A stretch of DNA of 40,970 bases, filler included, from an uncultured virus (IMG/VR IMGVR_UViG_2049941000_000602) (lineage: Duplodnaviria > Heunggongvirae > Uroviricota > Caudoviricetes). It is 3 parts of one record of this genome, joined end to end, with 100 filler letters (N's around TTAATTAATTAA, not from the genome) between each part and the next. Parts side by side here need not be neighbours in the genome. Positions count along the whole stretch, not along the records: positions 1 to 14,727 come from IMGVR_UViG_2049941000_000602; positions 14,828 to 18,334 come from IMGVR_UViG_2049941000_000602; positions 18,435 to 40,970 come from IMGVR_UViG_2049941000_000602. One strand, given 5' to 3'. Shown in pieces: positions 10,168 through 21,177 of this stretch. How positions within the stretch are numbered: position 1 is the stretch's first letter; each line of letters starts with the position of its first letter. Under the pieces are notes generated by a model. It searched no databases, had not been told where the DNA came from, and saw nothing but the letters and a program-made list of their open reading frames with translations. Both the position numbers and the translations under genes were made by a program.

Positions 10168-10524
10168 TCATGCTGTTGCGTGGTTGAGAGCTTCGGCTAT
10201 CTCGGCATAGTCGTTCTTGTTGAACAGCGTCCTCAGCTCCGGGTCGTCCAGTCTGATTATGGTTTCCCCGTCATCGGGCACGAAGGTCCCGTCGACCGCT
10301 ATCTCGGAAGTCCAGCTCAGACTGTCTAGGTACTTTCCCATGTTCCTGAGTACTCCGTAGTTGGGCGACGTGGCTACCAGGACGGTGAAGTCGCGGTTCT
10401 TCCGGTTGCATCCCGGTATGTACAGGCTGTACAGCATGCCGTCACGGGTGATGAACTTCGACAGGAAAATCCTCAGGAAATGCAGGAATATCGAGAGATA
10501 CAATGCGTTGTAGATTGTTTTCAT
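10168..10524 (-). CDS. AxY-FLR module family protein
   Basis: MKTIYNALYLSIFLHFLRIFLSK. Confidence 0.8.
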   Translation of the reverse strand: MKTIYNALYLSIFLHFLRIFLSKFITRDGMLYSLYIPGCNRKNRDFTVLVATSPNYGVLRNMGKYLDSLSWTSEIAVDGTFVPDDGETIIRLDDPELRTLFNKNDYAEIAEALNHATA

Positions 10525-12353
10525 ACTTCGTATACCACTCTGCCGATGCGTTTGAACTGTTCAATCATGTCCTTCACCGGCTCGGTAAATGACCACCCGA
10601 CGCCGAAGAAACGCGGGCCCTTGCCAACGGCGAGGCCTAGCTTTACTTTCTGTCCGTTCCAGTTCAGCCACCACAGGTACTTCTTGTCCTTGTCCCGTTC
10701 AAGCCGGACTGTACTGCTGGATACCTTAAGGTACTCCGGGGTGTCCATGTACGGCATGTCGAATACGTGGTCCTTGGTAATCACTTTGATGCCGTGTATG
10801 ACAAAGGCTTCAAAGATGAAATCCCTTACTGCATTGTTCGCGTACTTGAGGCGGTCCTCGAACTGCACGAAGTCGGCATAGCGGCGCATCTGGTCGATAA
10901 GGGCGGGCTTGGCTGTGCCCGTAGAACACGGATGGTCATCGAGTGTCACGACCGTACCAGGAACTCCATGGACATGGATATGGTGTACACCGAATGCGCG
11001 GAATACGTAGATGCTCTTGGGACCGATACGGAACCGAGTAGCGGTATTGCCGAAGAACGTACTCTTCTTGTTTTTCAGGAACGCCTCGTAGCACATTGAA
11101 ACCCGATGCGTACGGAGCGTGCCGTCAAGGCCCGGGNNNNNNNNNNGAGGACAGAATCTTGCCGGTCTGGCAGGACACGATTACCCACGGGGCATCCTCG
11201 CCCTTCGAGTTCTTGTGGCCCTTCCGGTATTCCACGTGTTCTACCAGGGGTTTCCCGGAGACACCGGCGGCTTCGTCCATCGGACGGCTTGCATTTACCC
11301 TGGCAGCATCAAGTATTTCCGGGACAGTGAATGCATCGTTGAATATGTCTATGCCGAGAGCCAGGGCGATTTCCTTCATGATGATGCATCGGCTCGCCTC
11401 ATCCCCGTTTATTGCACGGACGACCGCGGGGTCGNNNNNNNNNNTCGACTTCCGACTGGATTTGCCGGCGAGACCGGGAGCGCTTGCCGCGCTTCCGTTT
11501 TTCCTTGGGCTTACCCGGTGTCTTCGTCCGGCAAAAGGTCTTCTTTAGAAAATCCAAAAACATNNNNNNNNNNAGCAGTATTGCCGAAGAACGTACTCTT
11601 CTTGTTTTTCAGGAATGCCTCGTAGCACATCGAAACCCGATGCGTACGGAGCGTGCCGTCAAGGCCTGGGGTAAGCCCCATGAGTACAGTCTTCTTTCTA
11701 AGCTGCAGCACGGTTGCAATAAGGTCGTTATGCTGCTTGGACATATAGGCATTCACGCCGTCAGCCAGGATTTGGTCCAGCTTGGCGAAATCGGTTTCCT
11801 TCTGGGAGAAACTGGTATCGATGTTGAAGTTGCCGTAATACACGTCCCGATAGAAATCATATCCGTACTTGACACAATCGGGTTCGATGGTGTAGTGTTT
11901 GATGGAGAACTTCGGCTTGCACATGATTCTGTCCGGGTATACCCTGGCAATTTCCACGCTGTTCACGATGTCGCGCTCGTCATCGTCCAGCTTCCTTACT
12001 TCATCGCGACCGATAATTCTTCCGAGCGACACGGGCCCATAAGGGAACGAAAAAGTATGCTCGTCGGATTGCATGATATTGTTGCCAAAGAACTTGCATG
12101 CTAGTATGTCATTGGGTGCCATGACTAGTCGGCAAGACACGCTTCCGTCATCTTTTTTGGGATGGCAGAATATGATGTGCTTGTTAGCAGCCAGTTTAAA
12201 ATTTAGATGCTCCCGGATTTGCGCCATCGATAACAAACTATCCTTTGGCGTACCGGTCAGGTCCGATTCCTTTATCAGTTTGTGCAGGTAGCCATCTACG
12301 TTCACGCTCAGCAGGTGGTCATACGTGATAATTATGTGCTTAAACTGTTTCAT
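10521..12353 (-). CDS. hypothetical protein split by scaffolding (11574-12353 plus 10521-11136)
   Basis: Both pieces share the sequence encoding PGLDGTLRTHRVSMCYEAFLKNKKSTFFGNTA. Confidence 0.7.
11147..11434 (-). CDS. interleaved gene fragment
   Basis: Open frame ...PLVEHVEYRKGHKNSKGEDAPWVIVS... between gaps. Confidence 0.5.
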
Positions 12354-12789
12354 CCTGTCCCTCCTCCACTTCGCTGTCTTCCGCGTCCTTCCACGATACC
12401 TCGAAAGCGGGTTCCCTGTTCTGCTTCTCCATCTCCATGCTACCGTTCGGGAGGTAGTTCACCGAGAACCCTTCCTTGGTGAGCCTGTCAATGAAGGGCT
12501 TCAGTATCAGGTTGGTAAACTGTGCGCCGTACAGATTTGGCAGCTTCGTCCCGATGGGCACGAACGTCTTGAACTCCCCGTGGTTCGCCGCGTAGGTCAC
12601 CGTATACTTCACCCGGCGGTAAAGCATCTTGAGGTCCTTCATGGCCATGCTGTTGCGGGTGACGGTCCCGAGGTCACGGAAGTCGCTCGCCTTGAACTTC
12701 AGGATTCTGCGCTCCTTCCGACGGCTCGATACATACAATGACCCGATTATCAGGCCAAGTATGAGAAGCATTGCTCGTGGAGAAACTCG
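12340..12789 (-). CDS. hypothetical protein with a hydrophobic segment, 5' partial
   Basis: AMLLILGLIIGSLYV then a basic region. Confidence 0.6.
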   Translation of the reverse strand, partial: RVSPRAMLLILGLIIGSLYVSSRRKERRILKFKASDFRDLGTVTRNSMAMKDLKMLYRRVKYTVTYAANHGEFKTFVPIGTKLPNLYGAQFTNLILKPFIDRLTKEGFSVNYLPNGSMEMEKQNREPAFEVSWKDAEDSEVEEGQDETV

Positions 12790-12799
12790 NNNNNNNNNN

Positions 12800-12973
12800 G
12801 TCGGGATAGTCGCACAGGTGCTCGGCATTTGTCTTGAGAGACGCCAGGACATCCTCGACTTCCGAATGGATTTGCCGGCGAGACCGGGAGTGCCTGCCGC
12901 GCTTCCGTTTTTCCTTGGGCTTATCCGGTGTCTTCTTCCGGCAAAAGGTCTTCTTTAGTAAATCCAAAAACAT
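12800..12973 (-). CDS. basic hypothetical protein, 3' partial
   Basis: GCTATATTTTG promoter and GAGGA RBS upstream; variant copy at 11445-11563. Confidence 0.65.
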
Positions 12974-13002
12974 TGATTCCTCGGTACAAAATATAGCAAT
13001 TT

Positions 13003-13977
13003 TTATGATTCCGTGCCGGCTGTATAGCGATATTCGCTATTGAATGTAAGGCCTATAGTTTCCAGGTCTTCGAATGGGAAATTGCTGTAAGGCTCGAACA
13101 GCCTGGCACGATTCTTGATTCGTACCACACGCCGGAAAAGCTCGGCATCCGGCTTTTTTACCACCAGGCTCAATATGCTCTCGCACGCAAGGTCGACCAG
13201 CCCGGCTACGGACTCGTAGAACAGCGTGGTTATGTCCATGTTCACGGTGTTGGTTGTCACGTCCTGGTTGAACCTGAAGGCCGTCCCGGTCCCGTTAGTC
13301 GTGCTATCCTGCGTGACCATGTAATTGTTTGCCTGGCCGACATACGACGTGGCCGCATTTACCAGCGGTGCGAGCGTAGTGTTGGAACACATGTGGAGAA
13401 ACAGTATCAGAACATCGGGGCGGATTATTTTCATTGACTTCATCGGTAAGTACATGCTGACACGGCCCATTCCTTCCTCGTCACAGAGGTATATGTGCCT
13501 AAGCCATGTCCCGGTGAGTTCCGGCGGCATGTTCCTGAACTGCCCGCGGTTTACGGATGCACGCATCACAATCGTACCGACCCGACGCTCAACCAGGCTG
13601 TCGTGGTCGTTCCCCTTGTATACGGCGGCAACACNNNNNNNNNNAGGATACAGGTTAACTATGACTGACCACTTGTTCTCGCCGACATCACTCTTGGAAT
13701 TCTCGGGAGTATCAGCCCCGTACGACATGTAGGTGATTCTCTCCAGAGGTACAAGCATGATGCTCTGGCGGGCATAGATGTACTTCCCATCTTTTCCGAA
13801 TCTGAACCTGGTAAATCCATCATTAACGTCGTTAACAAACTCGATGCTATTATAGTTGTCCAAATCCGTACCCCATGCCATAGCACGCTTTATATCCTTT
13901 GGCGAGATATAAAGCATGCGCCCGGTTCCCTGGTGGATTGGACAGCCGTTATGCGGTATGGATATAGTTGCAGCCAT
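13003..13977 (-). CDS. hypothetical protein (gapped; alternative allele at 14210-14543)
   Basis: Long ORF; shared MSYGADTPENSK and MPPEL anchors. Confidence 0.65.
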   Translation of the reverse strand: MAATISIPHNGCPIHQGTGRMLYISPKDIKRAMAWGTDLDNYNSIEFVNDVNDGFTRFRFGKDGKYIYARQSIMLVPLERITYMSYGADTPENSKSDVGENKWSVIVNLYPXXXXVAAVYKGNDHDSLVERRVGTIVMRASVNRGQFRNMPPELTGTWLRHIYLCDEEGMGRVSMYLPMKSMKIIRPDVLILFLHMCSNTTLAPLVNAATSYVGQANNYMVTQDSTTNGTGTAFRFNQDVTTNTVNMDITTLFYESVAGLVDLACESILSLVVKKPDAELFRRVVRIKNRARLFEPYSNFPFEDLETIGLTFNSEYRYTAGTES

Positions 13978-14199
13978 TACTTGGTGAATTCCCTGATTGC
14001 GCGGCAGACGCAGCGGTCGATTTCGGCGAACTTGATGGGTCCGAGAATATCGGCAAGTTTCATTCGCTGGTCATGCAGGAACTGCGCCTGTTCAAGGACA
14101 GTGAACGCATCGGAGTCGATGGGTCCGGCATGGTACGCGTGGCTGAAGCTGCACCCGCAGCTTTCCAGGTTAATTACCGGGAATTTCTGGGGATGCTGC
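13977..14199 (-). CDS. hypothetical protein, 5' partial
   Basis: TAATG coupling to the 13977 start. Confidence 0.55.
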
Positions 14200-14586
14200 N
14201 NNNNNNNNNCCGCCAGTTCTGGAGGCATATGTCCCCTGGCGACCGTCGCAGGGTCATAGCGGGTACAGATATTCTCCGTTCCCATGAGTATCTCGCCTGC
14301 CAGCTTGCGCTTGACATCTTCCTGCCCATAATATGCCTTCCACAGGCAGGTAGCAATCTCCACGACCTTACGTGCCATCATGGTACGCCCGCCGGTCGGA
14401 TAAATCATCTTCACCATGCTGGGTTTCCCGGCAGGATACAGGTTAACTATGACTGACCACTTGTTCTCGCCGACATCACCCTTGGAATTCTCTGGAGTAT
14501 CAGCCCCGTACGACATGTAGGTGATTCTCTCCAGAGGTACAAGNNNNNNNNNNGCCGTTGATGTAGAGGTAAGTCTTCTTGTTACG

Positions 14587-14608
14587 CATGCCCCAAATAT
14601 AGCAATTT
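14587..14608 (-). promoter_or_regulatory. class I promoter with leaderless ATG 14589
   Basis: aaattgctatatttg-gggc-ATG. Confidence 0.75.
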
Positions 14609-14771
14609 CGTCCCGGCTAGAAGCGTCGACCTTATTCGGGAATAGGTCGCAAGGCCGTATTTTGTCTTGAATATGATGAAATCCTGCCCTTTCTGGCCAT
14701 AAGGCAATTCGCTCTTCCTTATTCGGANNNNNNNNNNNNNNNNNNNNNNNNNNNNNNNNNNNNNNNNNNNN

Positions 14772-14783
14772 TTAATTAATTAA
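14772..14783. other. artificial contig linker
   Basis: TTAATTAATTAA inside an N run; identical at 18379-18390. Confidence 0.95.
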
Positions 14784-14827
14784 NNNNNNNNNNNNNNNNN
14801 NNNNNNNNNNNNNNNNNNNNNNNNNNN

Positions 14828-15164
14828 TGGCGATGTAGAATGCCGGCACGCATGCGATTTCGACTGACACGCCGAGCATCACGAAGCCGGCTATGAATAC
14901 GACGGTGGACAGCACGGCGCCGAGCCTCGGGTTCTTCTCGATTGTCCTCCCGAATATCGCTGCGCACATGCCGAGGAAGAAGATTATCAGCGTGAAGCCG
15001 ACGTCGGTCGCCATCCGGCCCATGCCGAACACCCGCATCAGCTCCGGGGCGAACTGGCTCCAGCAGTAGACCGAGCCTATGCAGGTCGTCAGGGCTACCC
15101 CGGGAATGGCGCAGTTCAGCCATCTGTTTGGTACTTTCTGTGGCTTTTTCATGTCATTGTCCAT
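14828..15164 (-). CDS. MFS transporter (OFA/OxlT-like), N-terminal part
   Basis: NRWLNCAIPGVALTTCIGSVYCWSQF plus several hydrophobic helices. Confidence 0.8.
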
Positions 15165-15179
15165 AACTGTGTACCGGTT

Positions 15180-15234
15180 GTTTATGGCGGCACCCTTCTC
15201 CAAACTAGACAATTTTTGCTATATTTGGGGTATG
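15180..15234. promoter_or_regulatory. back-to-back class II (-) and class I (+, leaderless ATG 15232) promoters
   Basis: gtttat 15180-15185; gctatatttg-gggt-ATG. Confidence 0.65.
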
Positions 15235-15368
15235 AGCGAACCAAACCATAAATACGCAAAGAGGATTGCCAAGGCAATCGTTGACAACGCCATCATGTTC
15301 GGCATGCCCGTGCCGAAGGTCGAGAGCATGTACGAGTACGCCAAGAAGGGCGCCGGGGACATAGTATC
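15232..15368 (+). CDS. hypothetical protein, 3' partial
   Basis: MSEPNHKYAKRIAKAI; leaderless start. Confidence 0.65.
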
Positions 15369-15378
15369 NNNNNNNNNN

Positions 15379-15499
15379 ACTTCATCGAGGTAAACTTAGC
15401 TGGCGGTTTACGCTTAACTTGTCGGAATGCCTTCCGAACCACCTTCCTGAGGAAGGAGATGAATATCGCTACATATATGCCAATGGCTACTGACCGCAT
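15379..15499 (-). CDS. AxY-FLR module family protein, partial
   Basis: MRSVAIGIYVAIFISFLRKVVRK. Confidence 0.7.
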
Positions 15500-15729
15500 G
15501 TGTCTGCCATCTTCAGGAAGAAAGCTTTCAGACATTCCTTGCAGATATGCTCAACGGGCTTTCCGTACTTGGAGAATACCAGGTTGTAACTGTAATCGAC
15601 CTGGATAGACCCGTCCATATACATGTCTCCTGCATTGGACTTGCTTCCAAGGCCATACTCTGACGAAAGTGGGCGGCTACAGATGTCGCAGGTATATTCG
15701 TCGTGGGCTTGTATAACTGTTGTCTTCAT
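15487..15729 (-). CDS. small zinc-finger-like protein (leaderless)
   Basis: CDIC...HICKEC; ATG 5 nt after TATATTTG. Confidence 0.75.
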   Translation of the reverse strand: MKTTVIQAHDEYTCDICSRPLSSEYGLGSKSNAGDMYMDGSIQVDYSYNLVFSKYGKPVEHICKECLKAFFLKMADTCGQ

Positions 15730-15746
15730 GCTACCAAATATAGCAA

Positions 15747-15771
15747 AAACCCGGGAGGAAATCCCGGGTTT
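15747..15771 (-). terminator. intrinsic terminator
   Basis: aaacccggga/tcccgggttt stem with a T run on the minus strand. Confidence 0.65.
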
Positions 15772-15790
15772 CCCCTGTAANNNNNNNNNN

Positions 15791-16405
15791 TACAGTATCG
15801 CGAGCACCAGGTAGAGCGAGCTGCCCGTGAACGTGTTCGCCAGGAGTGGGCCGAGGATTCCGCCCACGCTCCACCCGGTAAGGGTCAGCGAGTGGACCCT
15901 GGAGGCGTTGCCCATACCGAACCGCTTCGCCAGCAGGCTGGGAAGCACGCTGAAGTTGCCCCCGTAAGCGGCCTCGCACAGGAGGATTCCGATTATGCTG
16001 AGCACGGGGTTCCCGGTGAGACAGAACATCGCCCCGAGGATGCCGAAACTGCACACGAAGTGGTAGCTTGCCTTCCTACCTATCCTGTCGGACAGGCTGG
16101 AGAACCCCAGGCGTCCCCCGGCGTTCGCCAGGGCTGTACCCGAGAGTATGGCGCCTATCGCCCCTATGCCGAGCCCTGTGAGGAGCCCCTTCTCCTGCGA
16201 GATTATCGACAGGCCGCAGGATATGTTCACCATGAACATGAACCAGATGGCCCACCACTCCCGGCTTTTAAGTATGAGCGAGTAGCGGAAGTCGGAATGT
16301 CCCCACTCACGGTCCGCGTCTGGGTACTTCCGGAGCAGCACGGTGGAAGCCACCATGACCAGGGCGTATACCGCCCCCATGGAATAGAATACCTGCGGGA
16401 GCGTA
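15791..16405 (-). CDS. MFS transporter (OFA-like), C-terminal part
   Basis: NAGGRLGFSSLSDRIGRK (MFS motif A), YGGNFSVLPSLLAKRFG. Confidence 0.85.
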
Positions 16406-16415
16406 NNNNNNNNNN

Positions 16416-16656
16416 AGACGTAGTATCCAAGAAATCCTATGTCAACGACCTAGCAAGGACGACCGCGTACTTCACCATCCTGCGCCATTTCTTCAAGGCC
16501 GGCCTCAAGAAGTATTCGGCAAAGATGCCCGAGATGGACAAGATGGAGGTCCGCGCAATCCTGACCCGGAACAGGGACAAACTTATCGAAGGACTTACCA
16601 GAAATGACGACAGCACCCAAGACGAAGGAAAAGAACACTCCCAAGAAGGCAAGTAA
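16416..16656 (+). CDS. hypothetical protein, 5' partial; loose AxY-FLR-like segment
   Basis: ARTTAYFTILRHFFKAGLKK. Confidence 0.55.
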
Positions 16657-16689
16657 CATCTTTCCCACATTCGACGAACTGAAACACCA

Positions 16690-17133
16690 GTGGCAAACAA
16701 TATGTACGAAGAAAATGAAAACAAATCGAAAGTGACGATACTCCCCGTGGACGAGGGCAACAGGTACAACCTGGACACCGCCCACGAGCTCGGCCTGGCA
16801 TTCCAGGACTACCCGGAACTCCGCGAGAGCATCCGCAAGTACGCCCTGATAACGGTGGCGGCCCAGATGGTGCTCGACGAGAAGTCCCGTCAGGCTTGCG
16901 CCCGGAACAAGTCCACCGTCCTGATGGTGCGCGACACCAAGGAGCTGCTCGTCGACGGCCGCCCGGCACTGGACGTGGTCTACAGCACAAGCGTGGCGAT
17001 GCCCCTGCAGAACGGCGTGTCGTCGTTCACCGAGCACGTGCAGGTGCCGATAGAAACCATCCACTCGATAGTGAAGCGGCTCGACGACGGCGACATCCCG
17101 TTCAACGTCGACCCCAGGAGTACCCTACAGTAA
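16690..17133 (+). CDS. hypothetical protein
   Basis: 147 aa ORF; start may be ATG 16702. Confidence 0.7.
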   Translation: MANNMYEENENKSKVTILPVDEGNRYNLDTAHELGLAFQDYPELRESIRKYALITVAAQMVLDEKSRQACARNKSTVLMVRDTKELLVDGRPALDVVYSTSVAMPLQNGVSSFTEHVQVPIETIHSIVKRLDDGDIPFNVDPRSTLQ

Positions 17134-17152
17134 CCCCTACATGGAACGCCAA

Positions 17153-17572
17153 ATGAACAAATTCAAGGAACACATCTTCAACGCCTCGTACCTCGCCATC
17201 TTCCTCTACGGGATGCGCCGTATCGTACGGAGGATTCGCCCCATCTCGTTCGACGACGCCTACTCGCTCGTCGCCGGCCTCGTGAAGCGCCAGGGAGAAC
17301 CAATCTTCCTCGTGCACAGGGACGGAACCTACTACCACGTCGCCAACGCCCCGGAGAAGTACCACCGTGACGTTGTCGGCGCAATCGCGGGCGCGTTCGG
17401 AAATCTCAGGCACAACCAGTGGTCAAAGGTGGTCGCGAACAACAACGCGACCGAACATCTCGACAAGGTAGTGTGGAACACCCCGCTGACCAAGCTCCTC
17501 ACGCCGGAAATGCAGAACCGCATCCCGGTCCTCGCACAGAATCTCAAGAAGGCATACGGGGAGAACAGATGA
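17153..17572 (+). CDS. AxY-FLR module family protein
   Basis: IFNASYLAIFLYGMRRIVRR. Confidence 0.75.
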   Translation: MNKFKEHIFNASYLAIFLYGMRRIVRRIRPISFDDAYSLVAGLVKRQGEPIFLVHRDGTYYHVANAPEKYHRDVVGAIAGAFGNLRHNQWSKVVANNNATEHLDKVVWNTPLTKLLTPEMQNRIPVLAQNLKKAYGENR

Positions 17573-18099
17573 GATACGAGAAGCCGGAATACGAGGGCGA
17601 CTCCCGCCCGGAAACCCAGAAGCATATCGACAAGGTGAACGAGTTCGGCAAGCAGTTCGCCGACAAGCTCAAGTCGAGGCTTATCCTGCATGACGCGTCC
17701 AAGCTGATTGAGCCGGAATGCAAGTTTTTCGACAAGGGCACCCCGAACCTCGCGTCGAGTACCTACGGCGAGAAGAGCTACGACGATGCCAAGGATTCAA
17801 TCAAGGAAGGCATCGAGCACCACTACAAGATGAACGACCATCACCCTGAGCACTTCGGAGACGCCGGGATTGCCGGGATGAACCTGTACCAGCTGGTGGA
17901 AATGTACCTTGACTGGCGTGCCGCGTCTCTCCGCCACAAGGACGGAAACATCTTCAAGAGCATCCAATACAACAAGGACCGTTTCAATATGGACCCGCAG
18001 GTGTACGGCATCCTCCTGAACACGGCCATTGTCGATTCTCCGGAGCTGTTCCCTGACGCCCCGGACGAAGTAAAGGAATACCTGAAGGGCAAACTATGA
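17569..18099 (+). CDS. DUF5662-like HD-domain protein
   Basis: KH...HDASKL...HHYKMNDHHPEHF...EMYLDWRAA. Confidence 0.8.
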   Translation: MRYEKPEYEGDSRPETQKHIDKVNEFGKQFADKLKSRLILHDASKLIEPECKFFDKGTPNLASSTYGEKSYDDAKDSIKEGIEHHYKMNDHHPEHFGDAGIAGMNLYQLVEMYLDWRAASLRHKDGNIFKSIQYNKDRFNMDPQVYGILLNTAIVDSPELFPDAPDEVKEYLKGKL

Positions 18100-18287
18100 T
18101 GTTCGTCATGGCGATAGACATCCTTCTATCCGCGACGGCATGCTTAGGGTGCCTGACAGTAGGATGCCTTGTCGGAACATGCTTCCCGACAACCAGTCCT
18201 GGTGCAAAGTACAGCCGGACGATAGGAGCCATCATCGGGATAATCGCCGCAGTGGTGGCCTATCTATGGCTCAATGAGTATTGCTAG
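18096..18287 (+). CDS. small two-helix membrane protein
   Basis: Two hydrophobic stretches; ATGA overlap. Confidence 0.65.
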   Translation: MMFVMAIDILLSATACLGCLTVGCLVGTCFPTTSPGAKYSRTIGAIIGIIAAVVAYLWLNEYC

Positions 18288-18434
18288 TGTACTTGTCGAC
18301 AATCTCGCCGATGGTGTCGTAGGACTTCGGCTTCNNNNNNNNNNNNNNNNNNNNNNNNNNNNNNNNNNNNNNNNNNNNTTAATTAATTAANNNNNNNNNN
18401 NNNNNNNNNNNNNNNNNNNNNNNNNNNNNNNNNN

Positions 18435-20835
18435 ACGAGCTTGACCAATTCCTCAGTAATTCAGATTTCGACGAACAGTTCTCCCGTGCCATTTCCCACG
18501 CGGCATGGGCCATGTTCGAGGCTACCAACATCAACAAGGACTTCCTCAAGAGGGAAGCCGCCGCCACCGGCGACGAGAACAGGTTCCAGACGGCGAAGCA
18601 GTCCGTGCAGTCCCTGTGGACGCAGGAGGACATGACCCGCCAGCTGAACGAGAAGGCCGCGCAGAAGGTGCTCAACTTCCTGTACCTCATGGAAATCCGC
18701 GAACCCGGTTTCACCACCGCAGACAAGCTCCACGCAATCCACGACCTCTATGTCGGCAACATGCTGGACACCAAGTTCCTTTCGCTGGTAAACTCCGACA
18801 CGACCCCTGGCCAGGCTGCACAGGTTCTTGCCAGCGCCACGGAACACCAGGCGAACTCCGCAAAGGTTTACCCTGACCTTACGGCNNNNNNNNNNACTCC
18901 CGACAAGCACTCGAACAACCAGTACTGGGAACTCCGCGGGCCCGACGGGAAGGCCTACCTTACCGTAATCCTTTCGCCTGAAGGCAAGATAGAGGAATCC
19001 AAGTCGTGGGGAAACCAGCCAAACAAGTACCGCAGAATGATTCAGCCGTACGTCAAGTGGTTCCTCAAGAACAAGGTCACCGGGGTCGGCTACAGGTACG
19101 ACTACGGTTACGCCACGCACAACAACTTCGGCGTCAAGGACTTCATGGGCGACGACCCGGAATTCATCGAATACGTATCGGAAAATAAGCCGGAACTGTT
19201 CGGCAATACCGAGAAGCGGATAATGTTCTGGAAGGAGGCAATCAACCAGGGAGTCGTCACGGTTGACGACATCAAGCGCATGTTCGCGGAAGGTTTCACG
19301 TTGGAGCAGGCGATGAGGACGTTCGCCCCCCTCCGCGAATACCACAGTGGTTCCCGGTTCAACGACTGGGGTGAAGGCAGGCGCACCCGGTACAGCTACG
19401 GCTCGTCTTCGCAGAGCATATTCGGAAGCAACCCGTTCGACGTGGTGTGCGCAGCATGCGACGGCTGCCCGTTCAGCAAGGAAGAGCTGAAGTCCCTAAT
19501 CATGAACAAGAAGGTCAGTCTCGAGGAATTCGCCAACTACGACATCCACCTCCTCACGCCGGAAATGCAGAGGAACTTCGTGTCTGCCGACGCATACAAC
19601 CTCCACAGACTCATGCAGATTGCTTCCGAGGTCGGCACCTTCGAGGTAGCCAACGACATAGTCATGCCGCTGGTCGAGACGGTGAAGGAGCCAAAGCCGG
19701 TTCCTCCCAGGGGATACGAAGAAATGACCTGGCAAGAACGTAACAACAGCTCGGCGGCAAAAAAGTACGAGGATACTATCAGCCGGTGGGAAGGCGCGCT
19801 CGACTACCTGCGCAAGTACTTGAACGAAACCAACCCGCCTGAAAAGGCCAGGCCCGTGGTAGACGCCATATTCGGCGACCAAGAGACGGTAAACCGCATT
19901 TTCAGCGACGGTTTCGGTCATTCCCGCTATAGATACTACTACAACCGTGAAGTCGATTCCTGGCTGAACGTGTTCGCCAGGTTCCGCGACCTGGAAATCC
20001 CGCCACAGGTCAATGAATACCTTGCACACTACCTGTTCGTCGAGCCAAGGAAGAGCCACGACACTGTCGACCTGGTAATCAAGATAGGAAGGCCGCGGAT
20101 AGACGCCCTGTTCGCCAACCGCACGCCCAAGGAAATAGCAACCGCCTGCATCGACACAAGCAGCCACCTCAAACTCGACGCCAGGAACCTCCTACCCAGC
20201 GTAAAGAACATGGGCGCAATCGTAGAGATGTTCCCCGAATACGCGAACATATACGACGTGCTCCGCCCGTCCCTCAAGCTCGGCTACATGTGCTGCGCAC
20301 CGAGGGAAAGCATAGACGTGAACGCCGCCGTGGCACTCGCGGTCAAGCAGATTCGCAAGGGAGAGAACATCCCGTCAAACCCCAACGCCATGCTCAGCGC
20401 CACCGGGGCGGCCACGATGCTGGCCATCAGCAGGTTCCCCGAAATCCTGGAGCAGGTCACGGCGGAGGAGATAGGCGACTACGTGTTCCCGCAGGCGGAC
20501 ATGATTGAGCACACCTATATCCCGGACGGCCCCATGATGCTCAGCGAGCACCTCGTCGGCATCCTCAAAGAAGCGTACCGCTCGTACGACCAATCTAAGC
20601 GGATATCCTGGGCGACCGACGCCGCCAAGATATTCATGGACGCCAGCAGCCAGTGCGACACGGTGAAGCCCGGCGACCCGATATTCAACGAGGTATTCCT
20701 GGACATGCTAAGGGGTTCATACAGGTACGGAACCACGTATGAGAAAATGACCGGCTACCGGTTCTACCCGGACATCCCGAAGGAACAGTGGGACGATGCC
20801 GCCAAGTACATATCCCCGAATTATCCGGCCGAAGC
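18435..20835 (+). CDS. large hypothetical protein, partial; possible PcfJ-like segment
   Basis: About 800 codons; YWELRGPDGKAYLTV...SWGNQP; continues at 25032-24182 on the minus strand. Confidence 0.75.
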
Positions 20836-21177
20836 NNNNNNNNNNNNNNNNNNNNNNNNNNNNNNNNNNNNNNNNNNNNNNNNNNNNNNNNNNNNNNNNN
20901 NNNNNNNNNNNNNNNNNNNNNNNNNNNNNNNNNNNNNNNNNNNNNNNNNNNNNNNNNNNNNNNNNNNNNNNNNNNNNNNNNNNNNNNNNNNNNNNNNNNN
21001 NNNNNNNNNNNNNNNNNNNNNNNNNNNNNNNNNNNNNNNNNNNNNNNNNNNNNNNNNNNNNNNNNNNNNNNNNNNNNNNNNNNNNNNNNNNNNNNNNNNN
21101 NNNNNNNNNNNNNNNNNNNNNNNNNNNNNNNNNNNNNNNNNNNNNNNNNNNNNNNNNNNNNNNNNNNNNNNNNNNNN

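Noticed and set aside
270..14543. Roughly 100-300 nt near-identical repeats (around 280/394, 3753/3900, 5270/6131, 7221/7746, 11036/11574, 11445/12855, 13645/14433) as biological duplications
   Set aside because: One copy of each abuts a 10-N gap and differs by a few SNPs, as expected of strain bubbles placed serially by the assembler
14772..18390. TTAATTAATTAA palindromes
   Set aside because: Stop-in-all-frames linker inside N runs; artificial, and adjacency across it is not meaningful
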